A stretch of DNA of 64,000 bases from Iphione sp. A-MEVVRFRX5 (taxonomy: Eukaryota): contig OZ320321.1 in assembly GCA_976226885.1 (NCBI GenBank), forward strand, positions 57,226,001-57,290,000. Reading direction: 5' to 3'. Under the pieces are notes generated by a model. It was not told the origin of the DNA. It searched no databases and saw only the letters and a list, made by a program, of their open reading frames with translations. Position 1 is the stretch's first letter; each line of letters starts with the position of its first letter. Shown here piece by piece: positions 9,083-22,969 of this stretch. A program made the position numbers and the translations under genes.

Positions 9083-12000
9083 TAACCTGGGTATCCCTTC
9101 CTTGCTAGACCATGTGTCACATTCACAATGCGAGGCTTTTCGGTAAGACTCGGAAAATCTATCATTTGACAGGACGAGTGTGAAGCCCTGGGTTCAAGTT
9201 TGCTTTTTCCCAATTGGGCTTTGAACTAAACACGCCAGCATCTCGGAACCGCAAGGTACTGAATGCGCAGCCACCGAATCGGCAAAGTCTAACCGAGCAA
9301 GGCAAAGCAAAAACGGAGTCAGGGACTTTAGCTTCACAAAACGATAGATGGGCATATATGCATGTGTGTTTGTGTTCGATGGGTAAAATGTCCTATCATT
9401 TGCCCAATTCATTCTTTCTGTATATATCTAGTCCATGTAGAGGAGAACTAAATGTTGTAGCCAAACGTTCCCGTGCAAAGTAGACATGTTTTTTCCCGGC
9501 ATTGATCGTATATTCTATTATCTAAACGTCGTTATTACACACGAAAGGAAAGATCAATGTACTACCATCAATATAAAACAAACTGCAGAGAAAAATATTA
9601 GAGGGACTTCAGAAATGGATAAACGTCAACAAGGGCAAGTAGAATATATGGAGTATTGGATTTCCATGAAACTCATCCTATGAAACAAACATGTCATTTA
9701 ACTCCGTCAGGGCATCTACGCTCATTATTCAATAGCTACATATCGAATACAAATATAGTTGATATCGTATGAGAGGCACGCCTCAGATCCCAGAGTATAT
9801 GATGATCAACTTACCGCTGCTCGCACGAGATGTCTTCGCCACCTAACTGCACTTGATAATCTCAGTGCCGGGAGCAAATTGGGATCATTGGTCATATCTG
9901 TGGGCAGTGCATGATCATAAATGTTGGAGACTGTGTAGGTCGATCCTCCAGGGCAATAGGTTACCTGGCATGAGTGGCTTGAGCACTGCCAACCCCAAAG
10001 TTAGAAAAGGAAGCATATGGAAGGGACTTATCGACCGCGAAGTCCTTGAATGAGGCCAAGACGGTGAAGGCAAGCTCGGCGGCATCAGGTTGTGTTCTGA
10101 TGCTTCTAGAAACAGTTAAACATATGGCCATTTAAGTTATGGTCTTTTAAGGTATGGTCCCGCGTCCATTGCTCACATATTTTTTAAGACTTTAGAATAA
10201 TAAAAATGAGCTAGTAGTATAAATATGGTTTTGATTTATTTGTGTTAACTGTCGACGGAGTTTCTTTAGTTCGGAGTTTCTGTAGCCATCATCGTCTGCG
10301 AGGAAATCTCTTGGACATCACGCTCTTCCAATGAGACATCCTGTCCTCTCCTAATTTACAAATCCTGGGAAAGCATATCTAAGAGCAGCAACAGTCCATT
10401 CAATATATATGTACAAGCTTCTGTCATTTGCAATGCTAAGTGACACCAGACAAAGGCATGTTTCTGGGATATCAGTCGCACCTCACGCTCCCCAGTCGCA
10501 TTCTTAAGGTCTCTGTCCATGCAGCCACAGTGGCTACCAAGACGACCTTTCTTCCCTCCTTCCCTCGTCTTCCTTCAACCAGCAAGCACTAGCGACCTTT
10601 CAGTTAAGCTTTGTGAATTAACTAACCCATGGTTGCATGGCTTTCCATTCTTCAATGTTCAGAAGCAACTATAGACAAAACGTCGAGAACATCTACGGCA
10701 CGAGAGAAAAATCACTCTGCAATCTGTGAGCAGACCGACTGTGTGAAAAGCACCTGCCTTAGGAATACCATAAGAAAAATAAACATGTAGGGCCAAGCCA
10801 CCATTTCTCACTCGGATAATACGATTTACATACGTAGGGGGGTGACAAACGCTATCCTGTTTCCGGCAGCACGAGCGAGGTTGAGAGTTGTTCCCGTCTC
10901 GCCGTCGCTCAGTAGATTTCTATGCGCCAACAGACCAATTGGTAGCTCGTCAATCGTGTTGGGTTGTTTACTTTTTTATAACATGAGGCAGCGGGGAACA
11001 GTGTGGACATGCCGACAAGAAGGAACAAACACTGCACAATACCCTGTATAAATAACCGTAAGTACTGACCGTTGGCTGGCGGGACATTCAAGTAGGGGCG
11101 TGCTCGCCTAGGCTCATGCAAGAACGTTATACCAGGTCATCACGCAATCCAGACAAAAACCGCAGAAAGAATGCTTGCTTTTAAAACAGGTAATTACTCC
11201 TTTCAAAATATTCGGAACACGAATCAACTAACCCTGTCGCATGTATGTATAACATGTATGCGTGACCTTAATTAATTAAAAAGCTCAACTCCATTTGTCT
11301 TTTACTTTCTACGTAAGCGCATGGAAACACGAACTGTTAAAATAATGGGCATGGTTATGAAAATTGTGCATTCTTTAAACGGTTTTCTTTTCTCGACGTA
11401 CTTTCTTCTACTTCTGCAGGCAGAGTGGGTGCGGCACGCAAAGCTCAGTTGATAGCGACTCAGGTCGTGGGGGGGGGGGCGTGCAGTACAATTCGATATT
11501 ATCGGGTTAAGAGGAAATCTGTTGGAGAGGTTCATTAAGAACGCAAGGCAATGCTAAAAATACCTGCACCTATATCTATAACACAATTCCTGAAGTTACT
11601 ATACGATTATAGAAACCGGCTATCCTTTCCGAATTCATAATTTTTATCTATGAAGTGACTGCAGTGTTCACTGCTAAATGGCAAAATATATTTTTGCTAT
11701 CCTATCATTTCGTGTATATCTTCGATAATTGTCCTAATCTTAATTCACACAAATACATATCTCCGCATATGTCTTGAGAAATTCATCGTAACAACTGTAA
11801 CAAAAAACCATGGATAATTCAGTAACGACCGAAAAGCATGTCATATACGGTGGAAAGCCTCTTTGGGACACCCTTGGTTCTGTCCCAAAGTGTCCCTAGT
11901 GGAGACATGTCCCTATTAGAGACTTCTTTTAATATAGAACAAATAGAATCTTATCTTCTCAAAAGTGTCTCTATTAGAGACATGTCCCTATTGGAGACGT

Positions 12001-15000
12001 GTAGATCCAAATCGAGATAGACAAGACAGAAGTCCAAATCGCCGGAGAATTTACACAATAATCAGGATAATAGACTGGACATAGCAGCTGGAAACGACAC
12101 AGAGGCGGACGATGGCTTGAAGAACGGGTGGTCTCATACACTGTCACCACGATCTTCATTGGAATCTGGTGAACACACCGGGAAATGCACTTCGTGTCAG
12201 TACTGAGTGAAAACAGTTATTAGAATCTATCATATCATGCCAACGTGCGATATCTTACATACTTAAAACAGCTAACACCTGCCACTGATAAGCAGGTTAT
12301 TCAGGTTACTCTCGCCCGAGAAATAAGTGACTGTATCGTCGAGGCAATCAAAGCTATGTGATGAAATTGATGATTGTGTCTCGAATGTAGATGGATATAC
12401 AGTGTGACGTCCCCGAATGCATCTCTAATGCGGACAATTTGGAAAAGAATAAAATTGTTTCCTATAGTTAAGCATTGTGAGAGGACGTCTCTAATCGGGA
12501 CAGCTAATTTGGTCAAGCGTCCCCCTACGGACACGGTGGACGAGGTGTTGTCGCATGAAAAAAAAGAAAAATAAAAAAACACCCACCTACCAGCAGACCC
12601 TCTATATTTTTAGCATGTTACCGGAAACACAGATGATTGTTTATGCCTAATGGTGAAGCAGTTGAAATCCACAAAGACATGATCATAAGTGATGGTAATA
12701 TTGAAATATTAACTATATCTCTTAATTGCAGTAACTGGAAAAAAACTGATGTCAGTGGCCATCTACAAAACCACCTTCAGCATCTGCTAACAAGACTTAT
12801 GAAGAGTAAGTTATCTGATATCCCACATATCCACAATCAGCATAATCTACCTAGGAAACTTTCACATAAACTGGAACCTCAACCCTAATATTTAAAACCT
12901 ATTACAAATGCAGAGAGGGGGCCATCAAGTCTAGTATTTTTCCATTGTTTTCATGCCACCATAGTATAACATTCCATACATCTTATGATTCACCACATGT
13001 GGCAAGGTCAGCAGGGTAGGAAGTGAAAGGAAAGACTGTATGTATTGTCTGTGAAGTGTATGTGAGTGAGAATTTGTGTGTATATATGTATATTGTAACA
13101 AGATTATGGCTTGAAGACTGGTGTACCAAGGTTCGGAGGATGTTTACAATAAGCAATGTCCACACAAGTAAATCTAATTTAGTTCACAACCAGAACTCTG
13201 CTCTCTGCATGTCTCAGGCAGCAATGAGAGAGTGCCTGTTTTTTTAGCAAGAAGACGCTACATTATGTACAGTCAGTGTCCTAGTGGTTTGTGCAATCCT
13301 TGATTTCTTAAAAGTAAAACATATTATCTATTTTGCAATACACGTTCTGGTGACTTCATTGGATTTCGGATTCTACTGTCAGATTCGTTTTTCAGATTTA
13401 GAATCTAAAAAGGCCTAGATCCGAAATGATAATGACACAATTAGTGTGTCTACTACAATATTCCGAACAATACAGCATGTATGTATTTTTGCTGTCGTTG
13501 TTGTGCGGTCCAAAAGCTGTGCTGTTAAAACTGATATGTTTGGTTTCAGTTCAAATCATTGCCTTTGATTACAATATTTCTATATGTGAAACAACTGATA
13601 GGGTTGAATTACATTGTGCTGTCTGTTTGCGTGTTCGTATGCTTTTGTATGGCCACTTCAAACATTTTGCAAAACTCTTTATGCCTGCAAATTGTGTTGT
13701 GTGTTTTATTCTACATGCGTATATATATCTTTAAAACGCCTATGTCAAAATGCTTCAAACTTTTTCTCCAACTGTGCTTTTTCCTAAAATTCACCGAAGC
13801 CACTCCATGTAGACAACATGTTAATATAATAAAGGTAGATATTAACTGGATATGTCCACTGTTTCCTATAGACCTGTTTCATAAGTTAAAGTAATCATCC
13901 CGCAAGAAATGATTATCATATGGTAGATAACTACTGTAATGTGCGAGGCGCGGAGCGACCGAGTACGTTTAAAGGTAAAAAAAAATGCTCCTACCAAATA
14001 TATAAGTATTGTGCTCCTCAACAATGCAATCTGCCAAGAGCTGCTTAGGATTGAAGAACTCACGGGAACGGACAAACTTCTGAATACTTCCCGAAAAGAA
14101 GGATTAGCTACACCAATCAGATGTGACTCTCGAAAGTTACATTGTTGTAAAGATGATTTGGCCGGGCCTGTCGGTGTCAGGAGGGGAGCGCAGGAGATTT
14201 CTCCAAGGTTCAAGGGTGGCCTAAGCATGTACAATCACGACAATGGTATGTAGGTATGAAGTGGGATGCCATTCTCAGTGTGCGGGAGAAAATAATTGCG
14301 TGGCCCATCGGAGATGGCAATCTATTCCAATCAAGGTACTGCCACATCGCCGAGGGTAGCGCCACCACCTCCTTACATAGGCGCGTCCGAAGGAGTACAA
14401 TGCCTTCCTACACGATCTAGTATGTTGATATTTGAATGAATTTTTCTATTCGACCGGTGATATACATGTAAATGTATAGTGTCTCCCTAGGTACACTTGA
14501 TTCAACAAATGGATGAAATTGGCACTTTGATATTTTTTTTTTGTCGGAAGGACATACAAATATAGTGAAACAGTTTCCAGAACAAATCAAACCTTCATCG
14601 AAACAAACGGATAATTCTTTCAAGAGAAGAATATGGCTTCTGCATTCTGGATGTACAGGAGAAGAGCTGCATGGTGACCTCCTGTGTCATTATCACCAGC
14701 TGTGCTTTATAAACGCACGTCTGTTCTACCCATAAGAGACTTACAAGAATGTCCTCGTCTCGTTAGTATTGACTGTGAAACAGGATCTTAAATAGGTACA
14801 TTTGATACTGGTCAGGGTCAGAGACGTGCCCCCAGCCAGACCTTTGACTGCATGTGTGTGAGTGTATATATAGACACACATACAGGTGTCCACAGAACAA
14901 AGCTTCTCAGATCTCTGTAAATGTGCAAAGACCATGCTGTCCAAGACCAAGTTCAAGTACGGGAATTTGATCAGTTACCACCACGTCGTAAATATTTGAC

Positions 15001-16811
15001 GACAAATATGAATCTACGAAACTAAGGATGCCTGAAACTTTAAAAGTGAGCCTAATTGACCTTTTTTCAGTTAAGACACGCTGCTCCAATTCACTTCGGG
15101 AAGGAGGATACGGGTACAAGACATAGTCTTTCAAAAGTAAAAGCTTTATTTAAAATGAATCCTTGAGCTAATTATGATACATATTGCTTCTGTCATGTCG
15201 TAGTTGGAACGGACGCAAATTCGTAGCACTCAACAGTGGAACCGTTATTACCCGCGTGTGTTTATTGCTGACAAAAAACTTGACCATCACGTAGTTTACA
15301 ACGCATGGAAATTTCATTTATAATGTTTAGTAATAGAAGAACAATACTGAGGCAAATTCAGACAACACACTACTCTTTTCTTTGTTACCCTTCACTTTTA
15401 TATTAATTTTATTGCCCTTTGAAAGGTTCTTCTAGATGAAATAGTGCAACACAAATTCATGAATCAGTCAATCAAGGCTTCAACGAAACTAGTTTTTCCG
15501 CCACTCATATATCTTTGGTCATATGACTTAAAGTACTTACTGCCACCTACGCACACATATATATGAACATATATATATATCGTTTGTAAAAAAAAAACCT
15601 CATGGGGCTCAATTAAAAAAAACTTTATACGTGAGGCTCTCAGGTAAGAAGCATATGCCATTATACTATTTCTCCTGACGTCGGTTGCCTTATTTGTCTC
15701 CCCCGTCTCGCAGAAAGTCCGCTCCCGGCACTTCGGTTCCTCCCGTCGTGAAATACTTCAGAAAGAAAAGAACCCGTACCTCACGATCTGTGCTATCTAA
15801 TTGTTGCCGCGGCAAGCAATTATCTGCTTATCTGGAAGGCGGTGCAGGGAGGCAACCAATTAAAACCGTCCTCCCCAGAAGCCGCTTCCCCCCCTATGTT
15901 ACAGGTTCAGGTGATCGTAAATCCAGGCGTAATGGTAGCCAAGGTGACCTTCGCCCGACCACTGACGACTAACAGGACATATGGCAGAATGCGGTGCTCG
16001 GGCAAGATGCGTCATTAGTTAACTGCAGAACTCCTCTCAGGCGGTCTTATCTTTTATGAGTGGAATTTCACACCGACCGGTCTTGTGACAAACTACTCAC
16101 GATTCGTGCTCCTCGTGCATAATGGGAGGAAGAGGGCTTTCAGATAATAACTGACGTGTCAAACATGGAATTTCCAACGAATAAAATGCGTAGGACACCC
16201 TGGTCTCTCAATGCGTCGTTTTCACATCGTTGATGAAGTCGGAATGGAATCATAATCTGTTTCTATCTACGATTCGAGTTTTTCCCCACTTTCTTTTTAA
16301 TTAGTGAAATGCATGAGATTTAAGGGGTATTCTTGTCATAACGAGGGTTATGGCGGGGCATTTCCAGGTGAATGGTGTTTTTAATTTCCGTGTTAGCATT
16401 CAACCGAACTGGAAAAATAAGGACATAATGCACTCGGACAATCCGACAACTGATGCAGGAAGATTGATTAGGGTAACTGCCGAGCGATTTCCTTCAGCTG
16501 TAGTAGCTGCTGTGAATGGCTATTGACAGGATTTCGATCATCAATTACAAGTCGACAGTAGCTGATCAATGAACAATATGTTATTAATTTTAAGGCACTA
16601 CCCACATTCTTATATGCGTACACCCATTTGCTTTCACTTCTATGCACATACAGTTGAAGCCTACGAATAAGGTAAAGTTTTGGACTGGCTAATGTTGATC
16701 TCTCCTTTAATTTGGTTTCGATTGCAGGTTGGCAAATAATATTAATGTCTAAGTTGTAGGGTAAACACACCAACACAAAACCGGAGTTGTAGTTTCAGTA
16801 GGCTTTAATAA

Positions 16812-16852
16812 ATTCCCAACGTTTCGGCGAATGTGCCTTCTTCAGGGGTAAA
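16812..16852 (-). ncRNA. Minimal hammerhead ribozyme core of the Penelope-like-element type
   Basis: Minus strand reads CCC-CUGAAGA-A-GGC-ACAUUC-GCC-GAAAC-GUU-GGG. This has the conserved CUGANGA/GAAA core, a 3-bp stem II, palindromic ACGU stem III and a CCC/GGG stem I, followed by ATTAAA. Confidence 0.6.
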
Positions 16853-18017
16853 TATGCATGTAAATAAGAGGTATTAAGTACCTTCTTAGGCTGGGTTAGG
16901 GCTTATGAAACTGGTCTGAGCTAAAAATAGAAATATGGTGAAATCGTGGTTTTTAAAGCTCTAGAATATCTTTTAAATAATATTAATGTTCACACGTGTA
17001 CCTAGAACACTCTGGTCTCAATCAAGTTGTGGCCGCATCCACAGGTTTATCTTTGACCGAGTTCTGCTTCATATACATGTGGAGATATACTTATTCAATT
17101 CTTCCTTGTCTACAGCCTGTCTGTAACCTCTCCTTAGCTCCATGCTGTCCACTGAACCTCCCATATATATTGTAGGAACAACCTGCCCAATGCCGTTTTG
17201 TCAGGGGAAATCCCTACCATTGACAGCTAACCTGATTCCTGTCCCAATCCTGGTCCCACACTGAACAATATAGTAATTTGACTAAAAAGCCCCATTATAT
17301 ACCATGCAATGATTTTTTTGAAAATTTGCAGTCTGGTAGACACAACCTTGCTCTTTCCTACAAAGTTTGAACCAGGTTTCTATCTTATATGTTTCCATTT
17401 TTACAAATTTTTCAAAGGTCTAATGCATTAGCATTCAGTGAGAACATTAGATAACCGAGAAGAACATATGCCATAAGAAAGCCTGCTCTGTCAGCTTTAA
17501 TGTGTATATTGTGTATGATCTATATATGAGCAAAATAAAGTGAATGTAGCTACCCCCTACTCCCCACACATCCTCTGTTCATATTTATTCTGCTCAGTTT
17601 GTCATGTAAACCTAATATGGTTTATGAAAATACTTTTTGAATGTAACTAATGAATTTATCTTATCTGAAAACCTTTGTTTATGAAGTTTCATAATTAAGA
17701 AAAGTGTTTAGGATAATGTGTCATGGTGCCACATTTTAGTAAGTTTTCGGCATTGTTCCTATGGACAATATTTCATCTAATTCTTCTCTTTTTGTGGGAT
17801 AAAAGCCTTCTGTGATTCAACAACCATTCATGCAATTTTCATAATTCAAAAAGTGAAATAAAAGAGAGGGTGTGCTCTATCTACTAGATAGAACATTAAT
17901 TTCATAGAAGAGATTTCAACAAATGATGTCACATTGCTAATTGTCGTGACCACTACATAATAAAGGCATCACAAACAAGATCTGTAGGCAAGGTGGGGCT
18001 TATTCAATAACTTCCTT

Positions 18018-18043
18018 TAGATAGATAGATAGATAACTTTATT
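18018..18043 (-). terminator. LINE 3' end: poly(A) signal plus (TATC)4 microsatellite tail
   Basis: AATAAAGTTATCTATCTATCTATCTA on the minus strand, about 670 nt after the ORF2 stop. Short tandem-repeat tails are typical of CR1-group elements. Confidence 0.75.
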
Positions 18044-18707
18044 GTCCTCTTTGCCAGATACAAAGTTTTCATGGGACAGTTATTGTAACACAAGACTTTG
18101 ACAACATTTATACAAGTGACAGTAAGACATTGGTTGGTGTCGCACCGAGCCGACATAATTGCACACAAGTCACGCCCATATACAAATTCACAAAATGATG
18201 GCATGATACAACAAGAACACACTGATGTACACACACAACTATCATATACAGTAGAGGGATATATTGCATCAATCCACCTTATACCAGCATACTGCATTCG
18301 CACCTAACGTTTGTGCCAGTGATTTGATAATTACAGCTATGTAACCGCTGGGGCAACCTTTTGTGGCAGTTTCCATTGCAAATTTTAAATGCATGCTCAA
18401 GCTCCCGTAAAATAGTGTTATACCCACGACTTAAGAACCAGAAAAAACGGACAGTGACACCAATCAGTAGCCTAATAGTCCAGCCGTTCTCCTACCTCTT
18501 ACTTGCAGTGCTGTTTCATAACAAAAACCTTTTGTCCGTAACACTAAACTACTATGCTTGATCTACTTTACATCTGGTGTATTACCCCGATCCCAAGTCT
18601 CAATTAATAGCCAAAAACCCCTGTAATTTTCATTTTTGAGTTACCACAGTTGACCACCAGTGTGAGTTGCAAGATGTAGAGTGGTTGCTACGTGCCGCAA
18701 CCACCCT

Positions 18708-21482
18708 CTAATCACCATCCACCCTCCGTAGGAACCAGTTCTTAAAGTTAGGTTTGGGGTGCTGTCTGAGAGCTACTGGCAAGTTGTTCCACTCCTGCAC
18801 CCCACTATACCTAAGACTGCGGGCAGAGTGGCTAGAACGAGGACGGTCGCATTTGATCCTGACTGTCGCTCCCCTTCTAGTGCCAGTGTTCTTAGCTCTC
18901 GGTAAGGTGCCCAAGGCCACTAGCTTGTGAATTACAGATAGAGATCTGAAGGCCACTAGTGTTTCTACCCTATCAATGCTATATCTTGCACTGATAAATT
19001 TCGGCGTCATCTGCGGGTTACTTTGTAAGGCAACCCGTATACAACGATTCAGATGAATCTGAAGGTTCTTTATGCATGACTTAGAGCAGCCATAGAACAA
19101 CACCGCGTTGTATTGCAGATGAGTAAACACTAAGGCCTTGAACAGGGTTACACGCACGCCCAGCGGAAGAAAACGTTTCGTCCTCCCGATACTTAGGGAA
19201 GCACCCCACATGCGCGCTTTAGTGACCTTGCGGGCCTCAGAGAACCTCAGTTTGGAGTCAATGGTGTATCCCAGTATCTTCGTACAGGTGACCATTTCCA
19301 TCTTCTCCCCTTCTATCTTGATGTCAAGATTTGTACCGGTTGCTTTCCCCAATGGTAGATAACAGCATTTGGTGACGCTAAGCAACAACCCCACATTTGC
19401 ACACCATTTCGCAACAGCATTGATGGTATTTTGACATGCCCATCTCAGCCGCAAGAGATCTCTGGCCTCCACCATAATCGTTAAGTAGTCAGCATAAAGG
19501 ATTGTAAAACAGTCCTTAGGGATGAATTTTAATATTTCATCAATAACGATGCAGAAGGCGTTAGGGCCAAAAATCGAGCCCTGGGGCACTCCATGCTTGA
19601 TCTCTCTGCGGTCTGAGTCCACACCATGAACCCTTACGAATTGTGTTCTGTTGGTGAAGTAGTCCTTGATAAGCCGGCAGATCGTACTGTTTGCGCCTGC
19701 AGAAGCCAATCTTCTGAGGACCACAGTGGCAGGAACCAGATCAAAGGCCTTCTGCATGTCGAAGGCAAGGAGACACATGTAGGAGCCCCTGTTCAGCAAC
19801 TCTGTTGCCTTGGTTATTATAGAGGCAATCGCGGTCTCCGTACTTCTGCCTTTCCTGAACCCATGCTGTTGTTTGCTCAGGAAAGAGCAGCTTTCCAACT
19901 TCCTCATCACCTGGCCTACAAACCACGATTCAAAGATTTTCCCCGGAAGGGGTAATATTGAAACGGGTCTGTAGTTGCCGACTGAGTTTCTGTCGCCTCT
20001 CTTGTAGAGTGGTGTGACCTTGGCGCATTTCCACTCATTTGGATATTTGCCACTCTCGACAATCCGGACAAATATCCAGTAAAGCAGATCCAACACCAGA
20101 CGAAGCAGTGGTTTAAGCACACTTGTTGGGATACCGCGCACTCCTGAAGCCTTACTCATCTTCTGTTTGACCACAAAGGGCCTAAGCTCAGTGGGCGGCG
20201 GTACCTCAATCCCAAAAGTAGTAGTACTCGCAACAGAAGATAACACCGATTGAGGCCCCACGGGTGGAGCCAGCTCAGAGACCTTGTCAATGAAGTAATC
20301 ATTGAACTTGGTTGCTAGAGTGCGTGTCTCCACCTCGTTGTGAGCATCCACCTGGGGCAGAACCGGTTCTGACACGCCCCTACCAAGCGCCTCATTCATC
20401 GTGGCCCATAACTTGGCAGAGTCATTTCCGGCATCCTTTAATTTGTCATGCCAGTATGCTTTTCTGTCGATCTTAATCTCTTTCCTCACTTTCCTGTTAT
20501 AAAATTGAAAGATTCTGTGAGCATCCTCACTCTTGTCTGTTTTCCATTTACGGAAGAAATAGGCACGCTCTCTGATCAATTCCAGAGTCCCTGCCGATGG
20601 ACTGAAGCCTTCCGAGTCGCACATTATCGACACTGTTTTTGCTGGACACAAATCCTCTAGGATATCCCTCGTGGCATCCTCGAACTTGGTCCAGCATATG
20701 GCAGGGTCAGCATCCAAAACCAACCCTGCGTTTCGAAGGCGATCGTGGACCTGAACTATGTCAGCGTTCTGCCATCTCCTGACCAGTCTGGTCTCGCGAT
20801 GCCTTTTCAGTGCGCCCTTTTTGAGCCACATCTGAATAGGCAAGTGGTCACTTAAGAACCATTCCATGGTTGATACCAGTCGTACCCCTTTGTAGTTGAC
20901 CCATATGTGGTCGAGGCAACGTTCTGATTCAACCATAGTACTCGTGGTGACTTGTTGGCTGAAGCCCTTGGCAGATAGCAGGTCCGTGATACATGTACCC
21001 GCTTTGGCTTTACCAAAAAAGTCATAATTCATGTCCCCAGCAATGGTGCCATCCATATTCCCTTTGGCTAGACAGAGGTCTACTAACTTTTCAAGCTCCC
21101 TTCTAGAATCGCTCATCTTGTCGTGAGGCGGTCTATAGACAGAGACCACCAAGTGCGGCTTCCGTTTGCCCACTTTGACAACAACCCCCATTGCTTCACA
21201 CTCACTATCTGTGATGTTAAATAGGATTTCCTCCACAATGGTAGCACCATTTTTAACGTAGATTGCTACACCCCCACCAGAGCGTTTGCTCTTGCCCGTC
21301 CTATCCGCCCTGAATAAGGCATATCCAGGTATGGATAGTTCGCCGTCTGAGTGATTGGCCGTAAGCCAAGTTTCAGACAGAATGCAAATGTCAGCCTTAG
21401 CCTCTAAAAGATGACGATGCAGCTCATCCACTTTTTTGGCTAGACTGCGAATGTTATACACAATGATTGTTACCCCGGGCAT
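18708..21482 (-). CDS. LINE ORF2: APE endonuclease plus reverse transcriptase (catalytic motif reads YADY, probably inactive)
   Basis: ATG 21482 (accATG) starts MPGVTIIVYNIRSL. Motifs: LSETWL, YRPP, GDMN, CLDHIW, SDH, GNYRPVSILP, QHGFRKGRST, DMQKAFD, GVPQGSIFGP, YADY (19485-19496), WNNLP. The frame is uninterrupted for 924 aa. Confidence 0.95.
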   Translation of the reverse strand: MPGVTIIVYNIRSLAKKVDELHRHLLEAKADICILSETWLTANHSDGELSIPGYALFRADRTGKSKRSGGGVAIYVKNGATIVEEILFNITDSECEAMGVVVKVGKRKPHLVVSVYRPPHDKMSDSRRELEKLVDLCLAKGNMDGTIAGDMNYDFFGKAKAGTCITDLLSAKGFSQQVTTSTMVESERCLDHIWVNYKGVRLVSTMEWFLSDHLPIQMWLKKGALKRHRETRLVRRWQNADIVQVHDRLRNAGLVLDADPAICWTKFEDATRDILEDLCPAKTVSIMCDSEGFSPSAGTLELIRERAYFFRKWKTDKSEDAHRIFQFYNRKVRKEIKIDRKAYWHDKLKDAGNDSAKLWATMNEALGRGVSEPVLPQVDAHNEVETRTLATKFNDYFIDKVSELAPPVGPQSVLSSVASTTTFGIEVPPPTELRPFVVKQKMSKASGVRGIPTSVLKPLLRLVLDLLYWIFVRIVESGKYPNEWKCAKVTPLYKRGDRNSVGNYRPVSILPLPGKIFESWFVGQVMRKLESCSFLSKQQHGFRKGRSTETAIASIITKATELLNRGSYMCLLAFDMQKAFDLVPATVVLRRLASAGANSTICRLIKDYFTNRTQFVRVHGVDSDRREIKHGVPQGSIFGPNAFCIVIDEILKFIPKDCFTILYADYLTIMVEARDLLRLRWACQNTINAVAKWCANVGLLLSVTKCCYLPLGKATGTNLDIKIEGEKMEMVTCTKILGYTIDSKLRFSEARKVTKARMWGASLSIGRTKRFLPLGVRVTLFKALVFTHLQYNAVLFYGCSKSCIKNLQIHLNRCIRVALQSNPQMTPKFISARYSIDRVETLVAFRSLSVIHKLVALGTLPRAKNTGTRRGATVRIKCDRPRSSHSARSLRYSGVQEWNNLPVALRQHPKPNFKNWFLRRVDGD

Positions 21483-22969
21483 GGTGCATCCCACCCACAC
21501 ACTGTAGCCAATGCAGAGCTTCAATAGTCGATGGCCAGGTGACTCAGAAATATCTCAAAAATGAAAGTTTTGTTTGGATAAGATATCCAATACTCAGGTA
21601 TAACAAATAATATATAGCTATACTTGTTTGATTGACGCTCGGTCAGTACAGATTGCTCACCCACCCACTCTTCACTCCAATAAATTGACATTCCCACGTC
21701 GTTTACACTTAAAGCAATTTTTTGTTATGGCTGGTGCAATTTACTCACAGTCACAAATATGCTAGTTTTAAAATTTCCCATATACCAAACGTCATGGGCT
21801 ACCACAGTACTCATACATGCCAGCAAGCAAACAGAACAGAAACACTAAAGAACATATTTTACACACAATTACGCAAGTCAATTCTATACCTCACATCCAG
21901 CTATCAATGACATGAAGACAAAGTAAACGAGGACTATACAGGTCAATTGTGACAGACTGATGAACAGGCAAAGACAATATACATTCATTTCACGATCACA
22001 GACATGATTTACAGACGTGTAACACTTACGTCAAACTTCTATCAAAGCATCAAGACCGATATTTTGATACGAGCATGAGACCTTTATTTCAGTTATCCTA
22101 GGAAGATTGGCATTTCACAATCTGACCGGTGGAGCCAGTAAATGATTGTTTTGATGTATTTAGCAAAATAACACTCTGGGATTAATACCTAAATGGGTGA
22201 ATAACAGCCTAATTGTGATACCGTTATCAAAGTACTCTCAACTCCCGTATAATATTGCTCACCAGGGAAAGTAATCATTATGTCATCATCGGTTCCGGTC
22301 CTAAGGGAGAGCTGCATCGAAAAAATACAAAACAATGAATACAATTTGGGTTGCTGGCATTGATACTCCTAACTACTCAAACATCCAAACTGCAAAATAA
22401 GCCATGATTGTGACACAACAGTTGTGCACAAGGCATCACCACCCACCTACTACTCATACCGATTTTCTTCAGAAGCAGCGCTCAGCAGGTGTGAAAACAA
22501 TAACATCCTGCCAATAGAAATGAGATATGACTTAACTCCCTATTGCCAAATAGAATATGAAAGTCAGTAACCATCAGATTGTTCATCTCTTATTTCTACT
22601 TGAGGAAAGCTGGTAGGCCATTAAAAAAATAACAGATTGCGCATCTAATGATCAGATCGGGACATAGGTTCAGGCCAATAATTCCCATTAAAGAAACAAT
22701 TACAGTGAATTAGTTTACAACATCGGAGTCAGAGTATGTGAGTAGACAATCAGTCAAGGCGATCTTATCGGGATAAAGATTCCGGCTGATATTACATATT
22801 GAGAAGACAATTACAGTTAAACAGTTGTACAAGAGTAGTAGAAGGTAAATTGTGAAAAAAGCAAACATGTCATTGTATCAATATTCGAACATAGGTATAG
22901 CCCGTTGAGCCGTAAATCAAGTTAATAGAAACGGTGATGGTACGGAGCATATTATGTCAGGACGACAAC

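Noticed and set aside
9200-9270. tRNA-like or SINE head on the minus strand (GGTGGCTGCGC...GTTCAAAGCCC)
   Set aside because: The A and B boxes are degenerate and I could not build a cloverleaf.
15700-15950. Possible plus-strand exons (similar candidates at about 29540-29830 and 55750-55936)
   Set aside because: Splice-like sites exist, but there is no recognisable protein and no consistent multi-exon frame.
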